NCBI GenBank assembly: GCA_040386535.1
Contig: JAZKFH010000037.1
Coordinates: forward strand, 74,430 to 138,429
Direction: 5' to 3'
Source of the DNA: Myxococcota bacterium
GTDB taxonomy: Bacteria; Myxococcota_A; UBA796; SXON01
DNA length: 64,000 nt
A program made the translations under genes and the position numbers. The notes beneath the pieces were generated by a model, which was not told where the DNA came from, ran no database searches, and saw only the letters and a list, made by a program, of their open reading frames with translations. This document shows positions 44,256 to 53,850 of the stretch, piece after piece. The first letter of the stretch is position 1; each line of letters starts with the position of its first letter.

Positions 44256-46634
44256 CTACTCGCCGAGGACCACGTACACGCGGCCTGCGAGGTTGGTGCC
44301 GCCGCGCGGCGCGCCCACGAGCAGGTCGTCGCTGCCGTCGCGGTTGATGTCGGCCGCGCCCGAGAGCACGGAGCCGAACAGGTCGCCGCGGGTCTCCCCG
44401 TCGACCGTGGCGCTGGCGAGGGAGGAGGCATCCTCGGAGCCCTCTCCCAACGACGTGCCGGGGAACAGGTACAGGCGGCCCACGTCGTTGCCGGGCGTGT
44501 AGTACCAGTACGTGGGCTGGGTGTAGACCGAGTTCACCGCCGGCGCGCCGACCACGAGATCGGTCACCCCGTCGCCGTCGAGATCGCCCGTGGTGACCGC
44601 GAGCCCGAAGCGGCCGGGGCCGTCGCCCTCGATCTGCAGGTCGGCGTCGTCCGCGTCGAGCGAGCCCGAGAGGCGGTCGAGCGCGTAGAAGACCGAGACC
44701 GTGTCGGTCGCGAGGCCGCCGAACGCGAGGTCCAGCTGGCCGTCCGTGTCGAAGTCCGCAAGGGCGGCGGTGCCGAAGCCGACGCCGCCCGAGGTCACGT
44801 CGCCTGCGATGGTGCGGGACTCGGCGGTGCCGATGCCGAGCGAGCCGTCCCAGGTGCTGCCGCCGTCGACCTGGTACCACGCGCCGCCGTCGGTCACGTT
44901 GTCGTCCGCGCCCGGCGCGCCCACGAGCAGGTCGTCGTAGCCGTCGTCGTCGATGTCGCCGCCGCCGAGGCCGAAGCCGAAGTAGTCCTGGGTCGACTCG
45001 CCGTCGATCATGAGCACGGCGTCCTCGATGTCGACCTCGCCGCGCACGCTGCCGGCGTCGTAGACCGACACGCGGCCGACGTAGTAGCGGGTGCCGGTCG
45101 TCAGGTCGGGCTGGCTGTAGACGACCTCGTCCACGCCGTCCCCGTCCATGTCGATGTTGTTGATGACGCGGTTGCTGTTGCTCGCCGACTGTTGCGCGGA
45201 GCTCGTGATGTGCAGCTCGGCGTCCTCGGGGTCGAGCGTCCCGGCCACGCCGCGCCCGCCCTCGAACACCACCACCGCGGTGCCGGCGGAGCCGTACCCC
45301 TGGCCCGCCGCGACGAAGTCCTGCTCCCCGTCGCCCGTGTTGTCGCCGGCGATCGGGCTGGTGGAGCCGAAGTAGCCGGCGTTCGCGCCGGTGAACGACG
45401 CCGTGTCGAAGGAGGACACGGTGCCGCCGAGGTCGCCGTGGTCCTCGCCGGGGATGATGTAGACCGCGCCCGTGTAGTTGTTCTGGAACGCGCCGCCGAC
45501 GAGCAGATCGGGCGAGCCGCTGCCCGTCACGTCACCCAGGCCGAGGCCGCTGTGGGTCGAGAGGAACCCGTTGTTGGAGACGCCGTCGACGTAGCCGGTG
45601 GACACGTCGTCGATGATGCCGTCGTCCACGCCGCCGGAGCAGTCGTTGTCGAGGCCGTCCCAAACGTCGTCCGCGTTGGGGCTCACGTTCGCGTTGTCGT
45701 CGTCGCAGTCACCCTCGTCGGCCGACCAACCGTCGCCGTCCTCGTCGATCTTGCCGCAGTGGTCGTTCCGGGCGCCGGGCGTGCCGAAGTCACCCGAGGG
45801 CAGCTCGGTGGTGGCCAGGCACCAGAAGTCGAACTGGCGCGCGTCCGCGACCCCGGTGTGGTCCGGATCGAGCGTCCAGCTGGCGCCGTCCGCGGTGCCC
45901 CAGGCGGCGGTCCACTCCACGTCGAAGATCGTGACGTCCGCGAGCTTGACGAACAGCGTGTCGACCGAGGAGAGCGAGAAGGTGGCGCGGTCGTAGACGT
46001 AGTCCACGTCGATGCCGCCGTTGAGCGCCGCGTTGCCGTTCGCGCCGAGCACGACGGTCCCGCCGGAGGGGACGACCAGGGAGCCGGACACGGTCAGGGT
46101 GTCCCCGTCGTCACTGGTGATCGACCATCCCTTCAGATCGATCGTGGCACTGTCGGTGTTCTGGAGCTCCAGCCACTCGCCGTCGCTGTCACTGGCGGCG
46201 AGGGGGTGTTGCATCACCTCGGAGACGACGATTGCGCCGGCTACGATGAAGTCCTCGTCCACGAGGCCGTCGCAGTCCTGGTCGGCCAGATCGCGCGTCT
46301 CCGTGGCGGTGGTGCGGATCGCCGGATCGGTGTCGTCGCAGTCGGGGCCGAACCCGATGAGGTCCTCGCCGTCGCGATCCTGGTCGAAGTCGGACCACCC
46401 GTCGCAGTCCTGGTCGATGTTGTCGTACCAACTCTCGGCGGCGTCGGGGTTGACCGCGCTGTCGGCGTCGTCACAATCCACGCCGCCGCTCTCCAGCCCC
46501 GCGAAGCCGTCTCCGTCCGCGTCTCCCACGACCGGCCCGGTGTCGAGCTCGCTGTCCTTGTCGCCGAGGGTGATCTGGCCAGGGCCACAGGCCGTCAAGA
46601 GGGCGAGCAAGGCACACGAACGAAGGGGCGACAT
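44256..46634 (-). CDS. Lipoprotein with MopE-like repeats, lamin-tail (LTD)-like domain and FG-GAP propeller
   Basis: ATG 46634, MSPLRSCALLALLTAC; VSEVM.HP...GEWLELQN...IDLKGWSI...GTPG (LTD-like); FG-GAP repeats. Confidence 0.85.
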   Translation of the reverse strand: MSPLRSCALLALLTACGPGQITLGDKDSELDTGPVVGDADGDGFAGLESGGVDCDDADSAVNPDAAESWYDNIDQDCDGWSDFDQDRDGEDLIGFGPDCDDTDPAIRTTATETRDLADQDCDGLVDEDFIVAGAIVVSEVMQHPLAASDSDGEWLELQNTDSATIDLKGWSITSDDGDTLTVSGSLVVPSGGTVVLGANGNAALNGGIDVDYVYDRATFSLSSVDTLFVKLADVTIFDVEWTAAWGTADGASWTLDPDHTGVADARQFDFWCLATTELPSGDFGTPGARNDHCGKIDEDGDGWSADEGDCDDDNANVSPNADDVWDGLDNDCSGGVDDGIIDDVSTGYVDGVSNNGFLSTHSGLGLGDVTGSGSPDLLVGGAFQNNYTGAVYIIPGEDHGDLGGTVSSFDTASFTGANAGYFGSTSPIAGDNTGDGEQDFVAAGQGYGSAGTAVVVFEGGRGVAGTLDPEDAELHITSSAQQSASNSNRVINNIDMDGDGVDEVVYSQPDLTTGTRYYVGRVSVYDAGSVRGEVDIEDAVLMIDGESTQDYFGFGLGGGDIDDDGYDDLLVGAPGADDNVTDGGAWYQVDGGSTWDGSLGIGTAESRTIAGDVTSGGVGFGTAALADFDTDGQLDLAFGGLATDTVSVFYALDRLSGSLDADDADLQIEGDGPGRFGLAVTTGDLDGDGVTDLVVGAPAVNSVYTQPTYWYYTPGNDVGRLYLFPGTSLGEGSEDASSLASATVDGETRGDLFGSVLSGAADINRDGSDDLLVGAPRGGTNLAGRVYVVLGE

Positions 46635-46751
46635 CGGCAGCTCCGGGGGGTCTGGACGATAGCGCGAAAATTTTACAATCGCACGTTGGACTCCAAGCTG
46701 GCTGATCGGACGCGCCCGTGGCATCGTGGGGGCACCTGCTCCGGAGACCTC

Positions 46752-47372
46752 GTGCTCGTGCTGATCCTCGCCCTCCTGCTCCCCGCTTGTGGCACCGAAC
46801 CCGAGCCCGAGCCCGTGGTGGGCCTGGATCGTGACGAGGACGGCTTCGCGCCGCCGGACGATTGCGACGACAACGACGCAAGTGTCAATCCAAACGTCGA
46901 CGAGGTGTGTGACGGCATCGACAACAACTGTGACGGCGCCACGGATGACGCCGGGGAGGGCGTGGGCGCCTGGTACGCGGACCTCGACGGCGACACCTAC
47001 GGGGACCTGAACTCCGGCGTCCTGGCGTGTGAGCAGCCCGCGGGCACGGTGGCCGACTCGACGGACTGTGACGACACGGAGGCCGCGTCGTTCCCGGAGA
47101 ACCAGGAGGTCTGCGACGAGATCGACAACGACTGCGACGGCCGCGCCGATGAGGGCGCCACCGACATCATCCTGTCGTTCGAGGACCTGGACGGCGACGG
47201 GTACGGGAACTCCGACGAGCCGAAGGTCGAGTGCGCCGTGCCCGAGGGCTACTCCACCATCGGCGGTGACTGCGACGACGCCGATCCCGCGATCTACCCC
47301 TGGGCGTCCGAGGACGTGTGTGGCGACGGGATCGATCAGGACTGCTACGAGGGCGACGCCGTCTGCGTGTAG
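46752..47372 (+). CDS. Short lipoprotein consisting of MopE-like Cys/Asp repeats
   Basis: GTG 46752 after GGAGA; LILALLLPAC lipobox; three DCDD...E.CD.ID..C units. Confidence 0.8.
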   Translation: MLVLILALLLPACGTEPEPEPVVGLDRDEDGFAPPDDCDDNDASVNPNVDEVCDGIDNNCDGATDDAGEGVGAWYADLDGDTYGDLNSGVLACEQPAGTVADSTDCDDTEAASFPENQEVCDEIDNDCDGRADEGATDIILSFEDLDGDGYGNSDEPKVECAVPEGYSTIGGDCDDADPAIYPWASEDVCGDGIDQDCYEGDAVCV

Positions 47373-47421
47373 GCCGGCCCCCTCCCGCCGTTTGCCTGGA
47401 GCGCGCGCGTTAACCAGCGCG

Positions 47422-47886
47422 ATGCCCTCCATCTACGTCGACGCCGACGCCTGCCCGGTCAAGGACCTCATCGAGCGCGGCGCGCTCCGCATGGGGTTCC
47501 CGGTCTTCTTCGTGTCGAACCGCAGCGTCGGCATCAAGCCGAAGAAGGGCGTGTTCGTGATCCTCGCCCCGGCGGGCCCCGACGAGGCCGATCTCATCAT
47601 CGCGCGGCGGGCCGCCCCCGGGGACCTGGTGCTCACGGCCGACATCCCGTGCGCCGCTGACGCCCTCGCCGCCGGCGCCCGGTGCATCGATTTTCGCGGC
47701 GGCCAATTCGACGCCGGCACGATCGAGGGCAAGCTGGCCGCGCGCGAGATGAACGAGATGCTCCGGGGCGGCTTCCAGTTCACCGGCGGCCCGGCTCCCC
47801 TCAACGCGCAGGACCGCACCCGCTTCGCGAACCAATTCGATCGGGTGCTGATGGAGATGAAGCGGGCGTCGCCGCCGCCGGGGTGA
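47422..47886 (+). CDS. YaiI/YqxD (DUF188) family protein
   Basis: IYVDADACPVK, ADL.I, DLVLTADIP.A, GGPAP...DR..F. Confidence 0.9.
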   Translation: MPSIYVDADACPVKDLIERGALRMGFPVFFVSNRSVGIKPKKGVFVILAPAGPDEADLIIARRAAPGDLVLTADIPCAADALAAGARCIDFRGGQFDAGTIEGKLAAREMNEMLRGGFQFTGGPAPLNAQDRTRFANQFDRVLMEMKRASPPPG

Positions 47887-47941
47887 TCCTCCTCGGAGCG
47901 CGGCGCCCCACCACGGCGTCACGGGGTGGTACACCGCCACG

Positions 47942-49582
47942 ATGGGCCTCTTCACCGCCGCGAGCACGTCCCCGTTGCTCCCCGCGTTGTTCGCCCTCCT
48001 CTGGCGCGGGCGGCGCCCGTCCATCGCCTCGCGTGATCGGTGGGATCCCCGCGTCGACACCGCCCTGTGCCTCGGCGCGGGGCTCGTCGGCGCGGCGGCG
48101 ATGGCGTGGATCACCGCCCCGTGGTCCCTGACGCAGTTCCCGTTCGCGGCCTCCGACTTCGCCGACTACTGTGGCTCGCTGGAGCCCATCCTGTCGGGCC
48201 AGCTGGAGCTCGCGTCGGGCGCGCGCTCGGTCGCCGCGGGGCTCCTCCCCGCGCTCCTCCGGCCGAGCCTCGGCGTGGTGGGCGCCCTCGCGGGCGCCGC
48301 GTTCGTGTCCACCGCGCTCCTGTGCGGCGCCCTCTTCGTCGCCGGCCGCGCGCTCCACTCACGCACCGCGGGGCTCGCGGCGGTCATCCTCGCCACGGCG
48401 ATGCCCCCGCTCGCGGTGATGCCGCGCACCGTGTCGTTCTACCCCGAGACGGTCGCCAGCATCGCGCTCGCGGCGGCGTCGGCGCTGGCGTTCGTGCGTT
48501 TCCGCACCCCGACGTTCGCGCTGCTCGCGGGCGTGAGCACGGGGTTCGCCATGCTCGCCGACGTGCGGGCGATGATGTTTGCCGTCCCCGCCGCGATCGT
48601 CGCGATCGGATCGGTGCTCCTCCGACCGCGGCCGGCCCCGCGCGCCGCCCTGTTCCTGGCGCTCGTGCTGGCCCCCCTCGCGCTCTCCTGGGCCATCGGC
48701 GCGCGCATCAACGCCGACACGTGGGGGCTCCAGGACCAGACCGTCGCCTACGCCGGAGACGCTTTGCGCGCCGTCGGGGTCGATCCGGAACTGGTCCCGC
48801 GCCCGAAGCCCGCCGAGCGCTTCCGGTGGGGCGTGGATCCGCTCGCGAACGCGATCCCCGGGGTGCGGTTCCTCTCGCGGGTCTCCGCCGTGCTCGCCGA
48901 GCACACCCACGGCTCGGCCGAGGCCGCCGCCGTGCGGGCCCGCCTCGGCGCGTGGCCCACGGTGCTCGCGTGCGCCGCGCTCGCGCTCGTCCTGGGCGTG
49001 GGGCGCCGCCCCGTCCTCGTGCTCGCGGCCGTCGGCACGCTCGCGCCGTTTCTCGCGGTGTTCTACCAGGCGCTGACCACCTTCCCGCTGCCCCGCATGC
49101 TCGCCACGGGGCTCCCCGCCGTGGCGGTGATCGCCGGGGTCGGCTTCGCCGTGCTCGTGCGGGGAGGGCTCCCCGCCGCGTGCCCGCCGCCCGAGGATGC
49201 GCCTCCCGCGCCCGTCCGCGAGCGCCTCCTCGTGCTCCTCCGGGTCTCCGCCCGGCCGGGCTTCGCGCTCCTCGGCCTCGTCGTGATGGTGGGCGGCGCC
49301 GTGCCGACCTGGCTCGGCCCCCTCCAGCCGTGGCGGACGTGGGGACTCTCCAGCTCCGAGCCGTGGGCGCTGCTCGCGGAGACCGCGGCGGGCCAGCACC
49401 GCGCCGGCGCCTACCAATGCCAGACCGCGCTCTGGCGTGACAACGCGGCGGGGCTCCCCCTGATCCCCACCTGGTACGGCCCCGGCCCCAGGGGTTGGGA
49501 GGAGGTGTACGCCGCTGCGGTGCCCATGAAGCCGCCGGAGGGGCCGCCCCGGCCTTCATCTACGTCGTCTACGCCCCGATGA
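47942..49582 (+). CDS. Polytopic membrane protein, possible GT-C-fold glycosyltransferase
   Basis: More than 10 hydrophobic segments; acidic SDFADY after the first TM; YPE motif. Confidence 0.5.
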   Translation: MGLFTAASTSPLLPALFALLWRGRRPSIASRDRWDPRVDTALCLGAGLVGAAAMAWITAPWSLTQFPFAASDFADYCGSLEPILSGQLELASGARSVAAGLLPALLRPSLGVVGALAGAAFVSTALLCGALFVAGRALHSRTAGLAAVILATAMPPLAVMPRTVSFYPETVASIALAAASALAFVRFRTPTFALLAGVSTGFAMLADVRAMMFAVPAAIVAIGSVLLRPRPAPRAALFLALVLAPLALSWAIGARINADTWGLQDQTVAYAGDALRAVGVDPELVPRPKPAERFRWGVDPLANAIPGVRFLSRVSAVLAEHTHGSAEAAAVRARLGAWPTVLACAALALVLGVGRRPVLVLAAVGTLAPFLAVFYQALTTFPLPRMLATGLPAVAVIAGVGFAVLVRGGLPAACPPPEDAPPAPVRERLLVLLRVSARPGFALLGLVVMVGGAVPTWLGPLQPWRTWGLSSSEPWALLAETAAGQHRAGAYQCQTALWRDNAAGLPLIPTWYGPGPRGWEEVYAAAVPMKPPEGPPRPSSTSSTPR

Positions 49583-50564
49583 CCGCGCGCACGTGCCGCA
49601 CCCGCTCCTCCAACGAGCCGGAGAGCGGGGTGTACGGCACCCCGAGGATCCCGAGCACCACGCGGTAGTGGGCCTGCATGCGCCGTTGGAAGTCGGGGTC
49701 GCTGCGGGTCGCGTCCTGCACGAACCCGAAGTCGTCCTCACACAGGAACACGTGGTCGTAGCGGGTGTCGCGGGCAAGCGCCGCGAGCGCGGGATCGACG
49801 CGCCCGTACCACATCGCCGCGAACACGGCCGTCGTGAGCGGGGTGGTGTCGACGAACAACCAGCGCCGGGCCTCGCGCCGACGGAGCTCCGTGTTCGCCA
49901 CGTGCGTGCGCCCGATGCCGACGAAGTCCGCCTCGGCCAGCCCGCCCTGTGCCTCCCACAACGTGCGCCCGTACTCGGGCACGAACGTGGTGCCGAGCTC
50001 GGCCGCGAGCCGCTCCGCGAGCGTCGTCTTGCCGGTCGACTCGGCGCCGACGAACGCCACGGTGGCGACGAAGTCGGCGTAGACTGCCGGATCGAGCCAG
50101 CCGCGCAGCCCGTGGGGATCGGCCCGCAACGTGGTGCCCGAGATCGGGACGGCGGCCCGGTCGAGATCGACGCGGCGGTGGGCCACGGGGTGCCCGAGCG
50201 CCGCGGTCATGGAAGCGGCGAAGCCGTCGCCGTAGCCCTCGCTCGTGTAGACGACGTCGACCGGCCAGCCGTGCTCGCGCACGACCGCGGCGACGAAGGC
50301 GCGGGGCACCTCCTCGGGGGCGTCGTTCGCGGGGAGAGTGGGGTGGACGGCCGGATCGAGCACGAGGGTGGCCGCGAGCCGGCCGCCGTAGAGCGTGTCG
50401 AGCCATCCCCGCCGCCGGGGCGCCTCACACCCCACGAACTCGGGGAGGGACCAGGAGAGGACCCGCACCTCCGCACACTCGGCGAGCGCGGTGTCGAGGA
50501 CGAGCTGGTGGCCGCGGTGCAGGGGGGAGAACTTTCCCACGACCAGCGCGCGCCCGCGCTTCAA
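49569..50564 (-). CDS. nadR: NadR-type bifunctional NMN adenylyltransferase/ribosylnicotinamide kinase without HTH
   Basis: GKFSPLHRGH, SEGYG, ISGTTLR, GAESTGKTT, VPEYGR, DTTPLTT; TTGA-coupled to pnuC. Confidence 0.85.
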   Translation of the reverse strand: MKRGRALVVGKFSPLHRGHQLVLDTALAECAEVRVLSWSLPEFVGCEAPRRRGWLDTLYGGRLAATLVLDPAVHPTLPANDAPEEVPRAFVAAVVREHGWPVDVVYTSEGYGDGFAASMTAALGHPVAHRRVDLDRAAVPISGTTLRADPHGLRGWLDPAVYADFVATVAFVGAESTGKTTLAERLAAELGTTFVPEYGRTLWEAQGGLAEADFVGIGRTHVANTELRRREARRWLFVDTTPLTTAVFAAMWYGRVDPALAALARDTRYDHVFLCEDDFGFVQDATRSDPDFQRRMQAHYRVVLGILGVPYTPLSGSLEERVRHVRAVIGA

Positions 50565-51190
50565 CGCGCCACCGGCTCGGTAAAGGGAGCGGAGGCGGGG
50601 GGAGCGGGGGCGAGCACAGCTGCGTCACGCTGTGCCAGCGCTCGCCAGTGCCACAAACCCCACGCCGCGTTGAGCAGGTAGCCGGTGTAGAGCAGGGCCG
50701 TCAGGGGGATGCCCTTCGACAGGTACAGCGGCACCGACACCACGTCCGCGACGATCCACAACCACCAGCTCTCCACCTTGCGTTGCATCAGGAGCCACGT
50801 GGCCGCCACGCTCAACGCCAGGATCGCCGAGTCCACGAAGGGCGCCGCCGCCGAGGTGAAGAGGTGGAGCAGGCCGCCGTAGCCCCCCACGGTGACCCCC
50901 ACGAAGATCACGGTCGCGACGAGATCCCCGCGGTCCGCGTGGGTCACGGGGAGCTCGGAGCCTGCGGCGCCGCCGAAGCGCCAGCGCCACCACCCCACGA
51001 GGCTGGTGACGACGAAGAACACCATCAGCGTCACGTCGGCGTACAGCCGCACCGCGGCGAAGACGAAGCCGAGCAGCACGGAGCCGACCACGCCGGTCCA
51101 CCACGTGTGGGCCGAGTTGCGGTTGGCCGCGACCACGGAGACGGTGTTGAACAGGACGGACAGGGGCTCGAGCATGGCGACCGCGTTCAT
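50561..51190 (-). CDS. pnuC: Nicotinamide riboside transporter PnuC
   Basis: LYAD, GWWRW, PFVDS, RKVESWWLWIVAD, LYLSKG; adjacent to nadR. Confidence 0.9.
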   Translation of the reverse strand: MNAVAMLEPLSVLFNTVSVVAANRNSAHTWWTGVVGSVLLGFVFAAVRLYADVTLMVFFVVTSLVGWWRWRFGGAAGSELPVTHADRGDLVATVIFVGVTVGGYGGLLHLFTSAAAPFVDSAILALSVAATWLLMQRKVESWWLWIVADVVSVPLYLSKGIPLTALLYTGYLLNAAWGLWHWRALAQRDAAVLAPAPPASAPFTEPVAR

Positions 51191-51251
51191 GGCAGGCGCG
51201 TTGTAGCACCGGCCCCCGTGCCCGAGCGACCCCCGATCGTACGTCCCGATG

Positions 51252-52010
51252 CTACGTCGCCGGCTCCTCCGCGGGCGGCTCCTCCTCGGACGGCGGCTCC
51301 TCCGGCGTCTCGATCGGCCCCGTCTCCCCGCCGATGGCGAAGCTCACGTCCACCTCCGCCCGGTAGGTCTGCTCCCCCGCGAGCACCGGCATCGACGCCA
51401 TGTCGGTGTCCGCCGCGCCCGCGCGCTCCATGTAGACGGGGCTGGGCGGCGTCGTCTCCTGCGTGCGGATGGACACCCGCATCGGCTCGCCGAGGGTGGC
51501 GCCCAGCTGGGTGGCGACCAGCTCCGCGTTGGTGCGCGCGTCCTCCACCGCGGCGTCGAGGGCCTGCTGCTGCGCGGCCTCCTCGTCCTCCACCTTCCAC
51601 GCCACGCCGAGCACCTCGTTCGCGCCGGCGGCCACGGCGGCGTCGAGCACCCCTCCGGTGTCCATCGGCTCGTCCACGCGGATGTCGAGGATCGCGCTCG
51701 CCTCGTACCCCACGAGCTTCGGCCCGGTCTTCTCGTTGTACTCGTAGCGCGGCTGCAGCGACAGTTGGGAGGTGCGGATCCGCTCGGGCGCCACCTGCTC
51801 GCCGAGCGCCTGGGTGATGGCGGTCATCTTGTCCGCGGCGGCCTTGAACGCATCAGCCGCCGTGTCCGCCTGGGAGCGGACGCCCAGGGTCAGGACGGCC
51901 TCGTCGGGTGACACGAAGATCTCGCCGACGCCGGTGACGTTCAGGCTGTTGCGGGCCTCGACCTCGGCGGCGGACGCCGTGGCGAACAGGTAGAGCGCGG
52001 TCGCGAGCAT
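51252..52010 (-). CDS. SIMPL (DUF541) domain protein
   Basis: ATG 52010 after GGAGG; signal peptide; VTGVGEIFVSPDEA, LQPRY, AGANE, AVEDARTNAE. Confidence 0.9.
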   Translation of the reverse strand: MLATALYLFATASAAEVEARNSLNVTGVGEIFVSPDEAVLTLGVRSQADTAADAFKAAADKMTAITQALGEQVAPERIRTSQLSLQPRYEYNEKTGPKLVGYEASAILDIRVDEPMDTGGVLDAAVAAGANEVLGVAWKVEDEEAAQQQALDAAVEDARTNAELVATQLGATLGEPMRVSIRTQETTPPSPVYMERAGAADTDMASMPVLAGEQTYRAEVDVSFAIGGETGPIETPEEPPSEEEPPAEEPAT

Positions 52011-52117
52011 GATGCCTCCCTCATTTCCTCCCGAGAGAGTAGGGGCCCGACGTCGGGATCCAAGCACGAACCGGTTGGCGGCCCGCTGACGTCGGGTTGC
52101 GTCCGGAGCGTCGGACC

Positions 52118-53614
52118 CTACGCCGCGGTCACCGCCACGCCCGGGGCCCGCTCGCCCGGCTTCGCGGGGAGGAGTTGGGTGGAGGACTCGCCGTCGAACA
52201 CGCGCAGCTCGGCCACCCGCGCCTCGCCGCCGGGCCGCACCCACGCAAACGCGTTGGTGCCCACCTTCTTGGTGCACTCGACATCGTCGTAAGCGGGTGA
52301 CCAGTGACCGGTGTTGAGGAATTCGACGCCGTCGTGCCGGCGCACGGCCGCCCGGTGGGTGTGCCCCATGACGACACGTGTCACTCGCGCGATCCGCCCG
52401 AGCTCGCCGACACGCTTGCGGATGTTCGCCTGGGTGTTCCCAACGTCCGAGCGGCAGCTGCGTGCGTACGCCACGTAGAAGGGGAGCAGCCCGAGGAACA
52501 ACGCGACCGCCCACACGTAGCCGAGGTTGGACATCATGTGCAGCGCGGTGGTGAGCTGGAACACCACGAACACGAGCAGGACGAGCAGCCCCACCCGGTC
52601 GAGCCACAACTCGCGCGCCACCTTGAGGGGGGAGTACACCGCGGGGTGCACCGCCACGTCCCGCAGCGCCCGCACCATGGCGGGGGTGCCCCGGGCCCGC
52701 CGCGCCGCGTCCCGCACGCGCTCCTCGAGCCGCGCCGGATCCCGCTCGGCCGGGCGCAGCCCCTCGTCCACCGACACCCAGAGGGTGAGCGGCGCGGTCC
52801 ACAACCAGGTGAACGCCAGCAGCGGATCCTGGCGGGCCACGTAGCGGAAGAAGAACCGCACGTAGTCTGCGAACGGCCGGATGAAGCTGTCCTCCACGTG
52901 GGGATTGAACAACCCCATTCCGTTGAGCATCATCTTCCCGGCGATGTTGCCGAACGGCATGCGCACGCGGAGCTTGCCTTTGACCTCGATGAAGGGGTGC
53001 AACGGGTCGTGACACACACAATACGCGTCGAGTTGGTTGCCGTGCATGACGAGGGTGTCACCCCCCGAGATGCGAAAGAACTCACAAACGGTCAACGCGT
53101 CGGGTCGGGGGGGTGCCAACGCGGCGCGCAGCTCCGCCTGGACGGCCGGCCAATGGAGCTCGAGGTCGTGGTTGCCGATGATGAAGACGAGCAGGTGCCC
53201 GTCCGCCATCCACTGGGAGAGCGCGGCGACCAGGACGGGGTGGTCGGCGAGGATGCGCCGCATCTTCCACGCGGAGCGCTCCTGTTCGGCGACCATGCCC
53301 CGGCAGCGCTCCAGCCAGGAGACCCGGTACGGCGCCGGCTCCGGCGCGCCGACGACGGTGTCGAAGTCGAAGATGTCACCGGCGAGTACGAGCTCGACGG
53401 GCTGGCCGGCCGAGAGCTCGCGCAGGTGCAGGAGCAGGCGGAGGAGCGGGCCGTCGTCGACCACGTCGGGGTGTTTGTAGCGGCGCCAGGCCGGCCGCCG
53501 GGGATCGGGGGCCTCGATGTCGGAGAGGTGCAGATCGCTGATGACGGCGGTGTGGGCGGGCCCCCGCCGTGGGGCGGAGCGCCGCTCGGTGTAGAGGGGC
53601 GGGTCGTTCGCCAC
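52118..53614 (-). CDS. Calcineurin-like metallophosphoesterase with inserted TM hairpin
   Basis: SDLH, GDIFD, GNHD, HGN, GHTH, NTGHW; two hydrophobic helices before the final motifs. Confidence 0.85.
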   Translation of the reverse strand: MANDPPLYTERRSAPRRGPAHTAVISDLHLSDIEAPDPRRPAWRRYKHPDVVDDGPLLRLLLHLRELSAGQPVELVLAGDIFDFDTVVGAPEPAPYRVSWLERCRGMVAEQERSAWKMRRILADHPVLVAALSQWMADGHLLVFIIGNHDLELHWPAVQAELRAALAPPRPDALTVCEFFRISGGDTLVMHGNQLDAYCVCHDPLHPFIEVKGKLRVRMPFGNIAGKMMLNGMGLFNPHVEDSFIRPFADYVRFFFRYVARQDPLLAFTWLWTAPLTLWVSVDEGLRPAERDPARLEERVRDAARRARGTPAMVRALRDVAVHPAVYSPLKVARELWLDRVGLLVLLVFVVFQLTTALHMMSNLGYVWAVALFLGLLPFYVAYARSCRSDVGNTQANIRKRVGELGRIARVTRVVMGHTHRAAVRRHDGVEFLNTGHWSPAYDDVECTKKVGTNAFAWVRPGGEARVAELRVFDGESSTQLLPAKPGERAPGVAVTAA

Positions 53615-53850
53615 GGGGCTCCCGAGAGGCCGACCACCTAGCCCGGGGCCGGCCGGCGGACCGCTACAGCAACATCACGAGACGGCGAAGATCCTGTGCA
53701 GTTTGAGTCACGTCGGCGGGCGGCGAAGCGCTTTGTTCGCGACCGGTCACGGATCGTCATTGACCGTCGTGGGGCCGCCCGCATACGCTCCGGACGGCAC
53801 CGGTCGCCCGCCTCGTCTCTCGGCGAGCTCGACCGCCCACCGAGGTTTTC

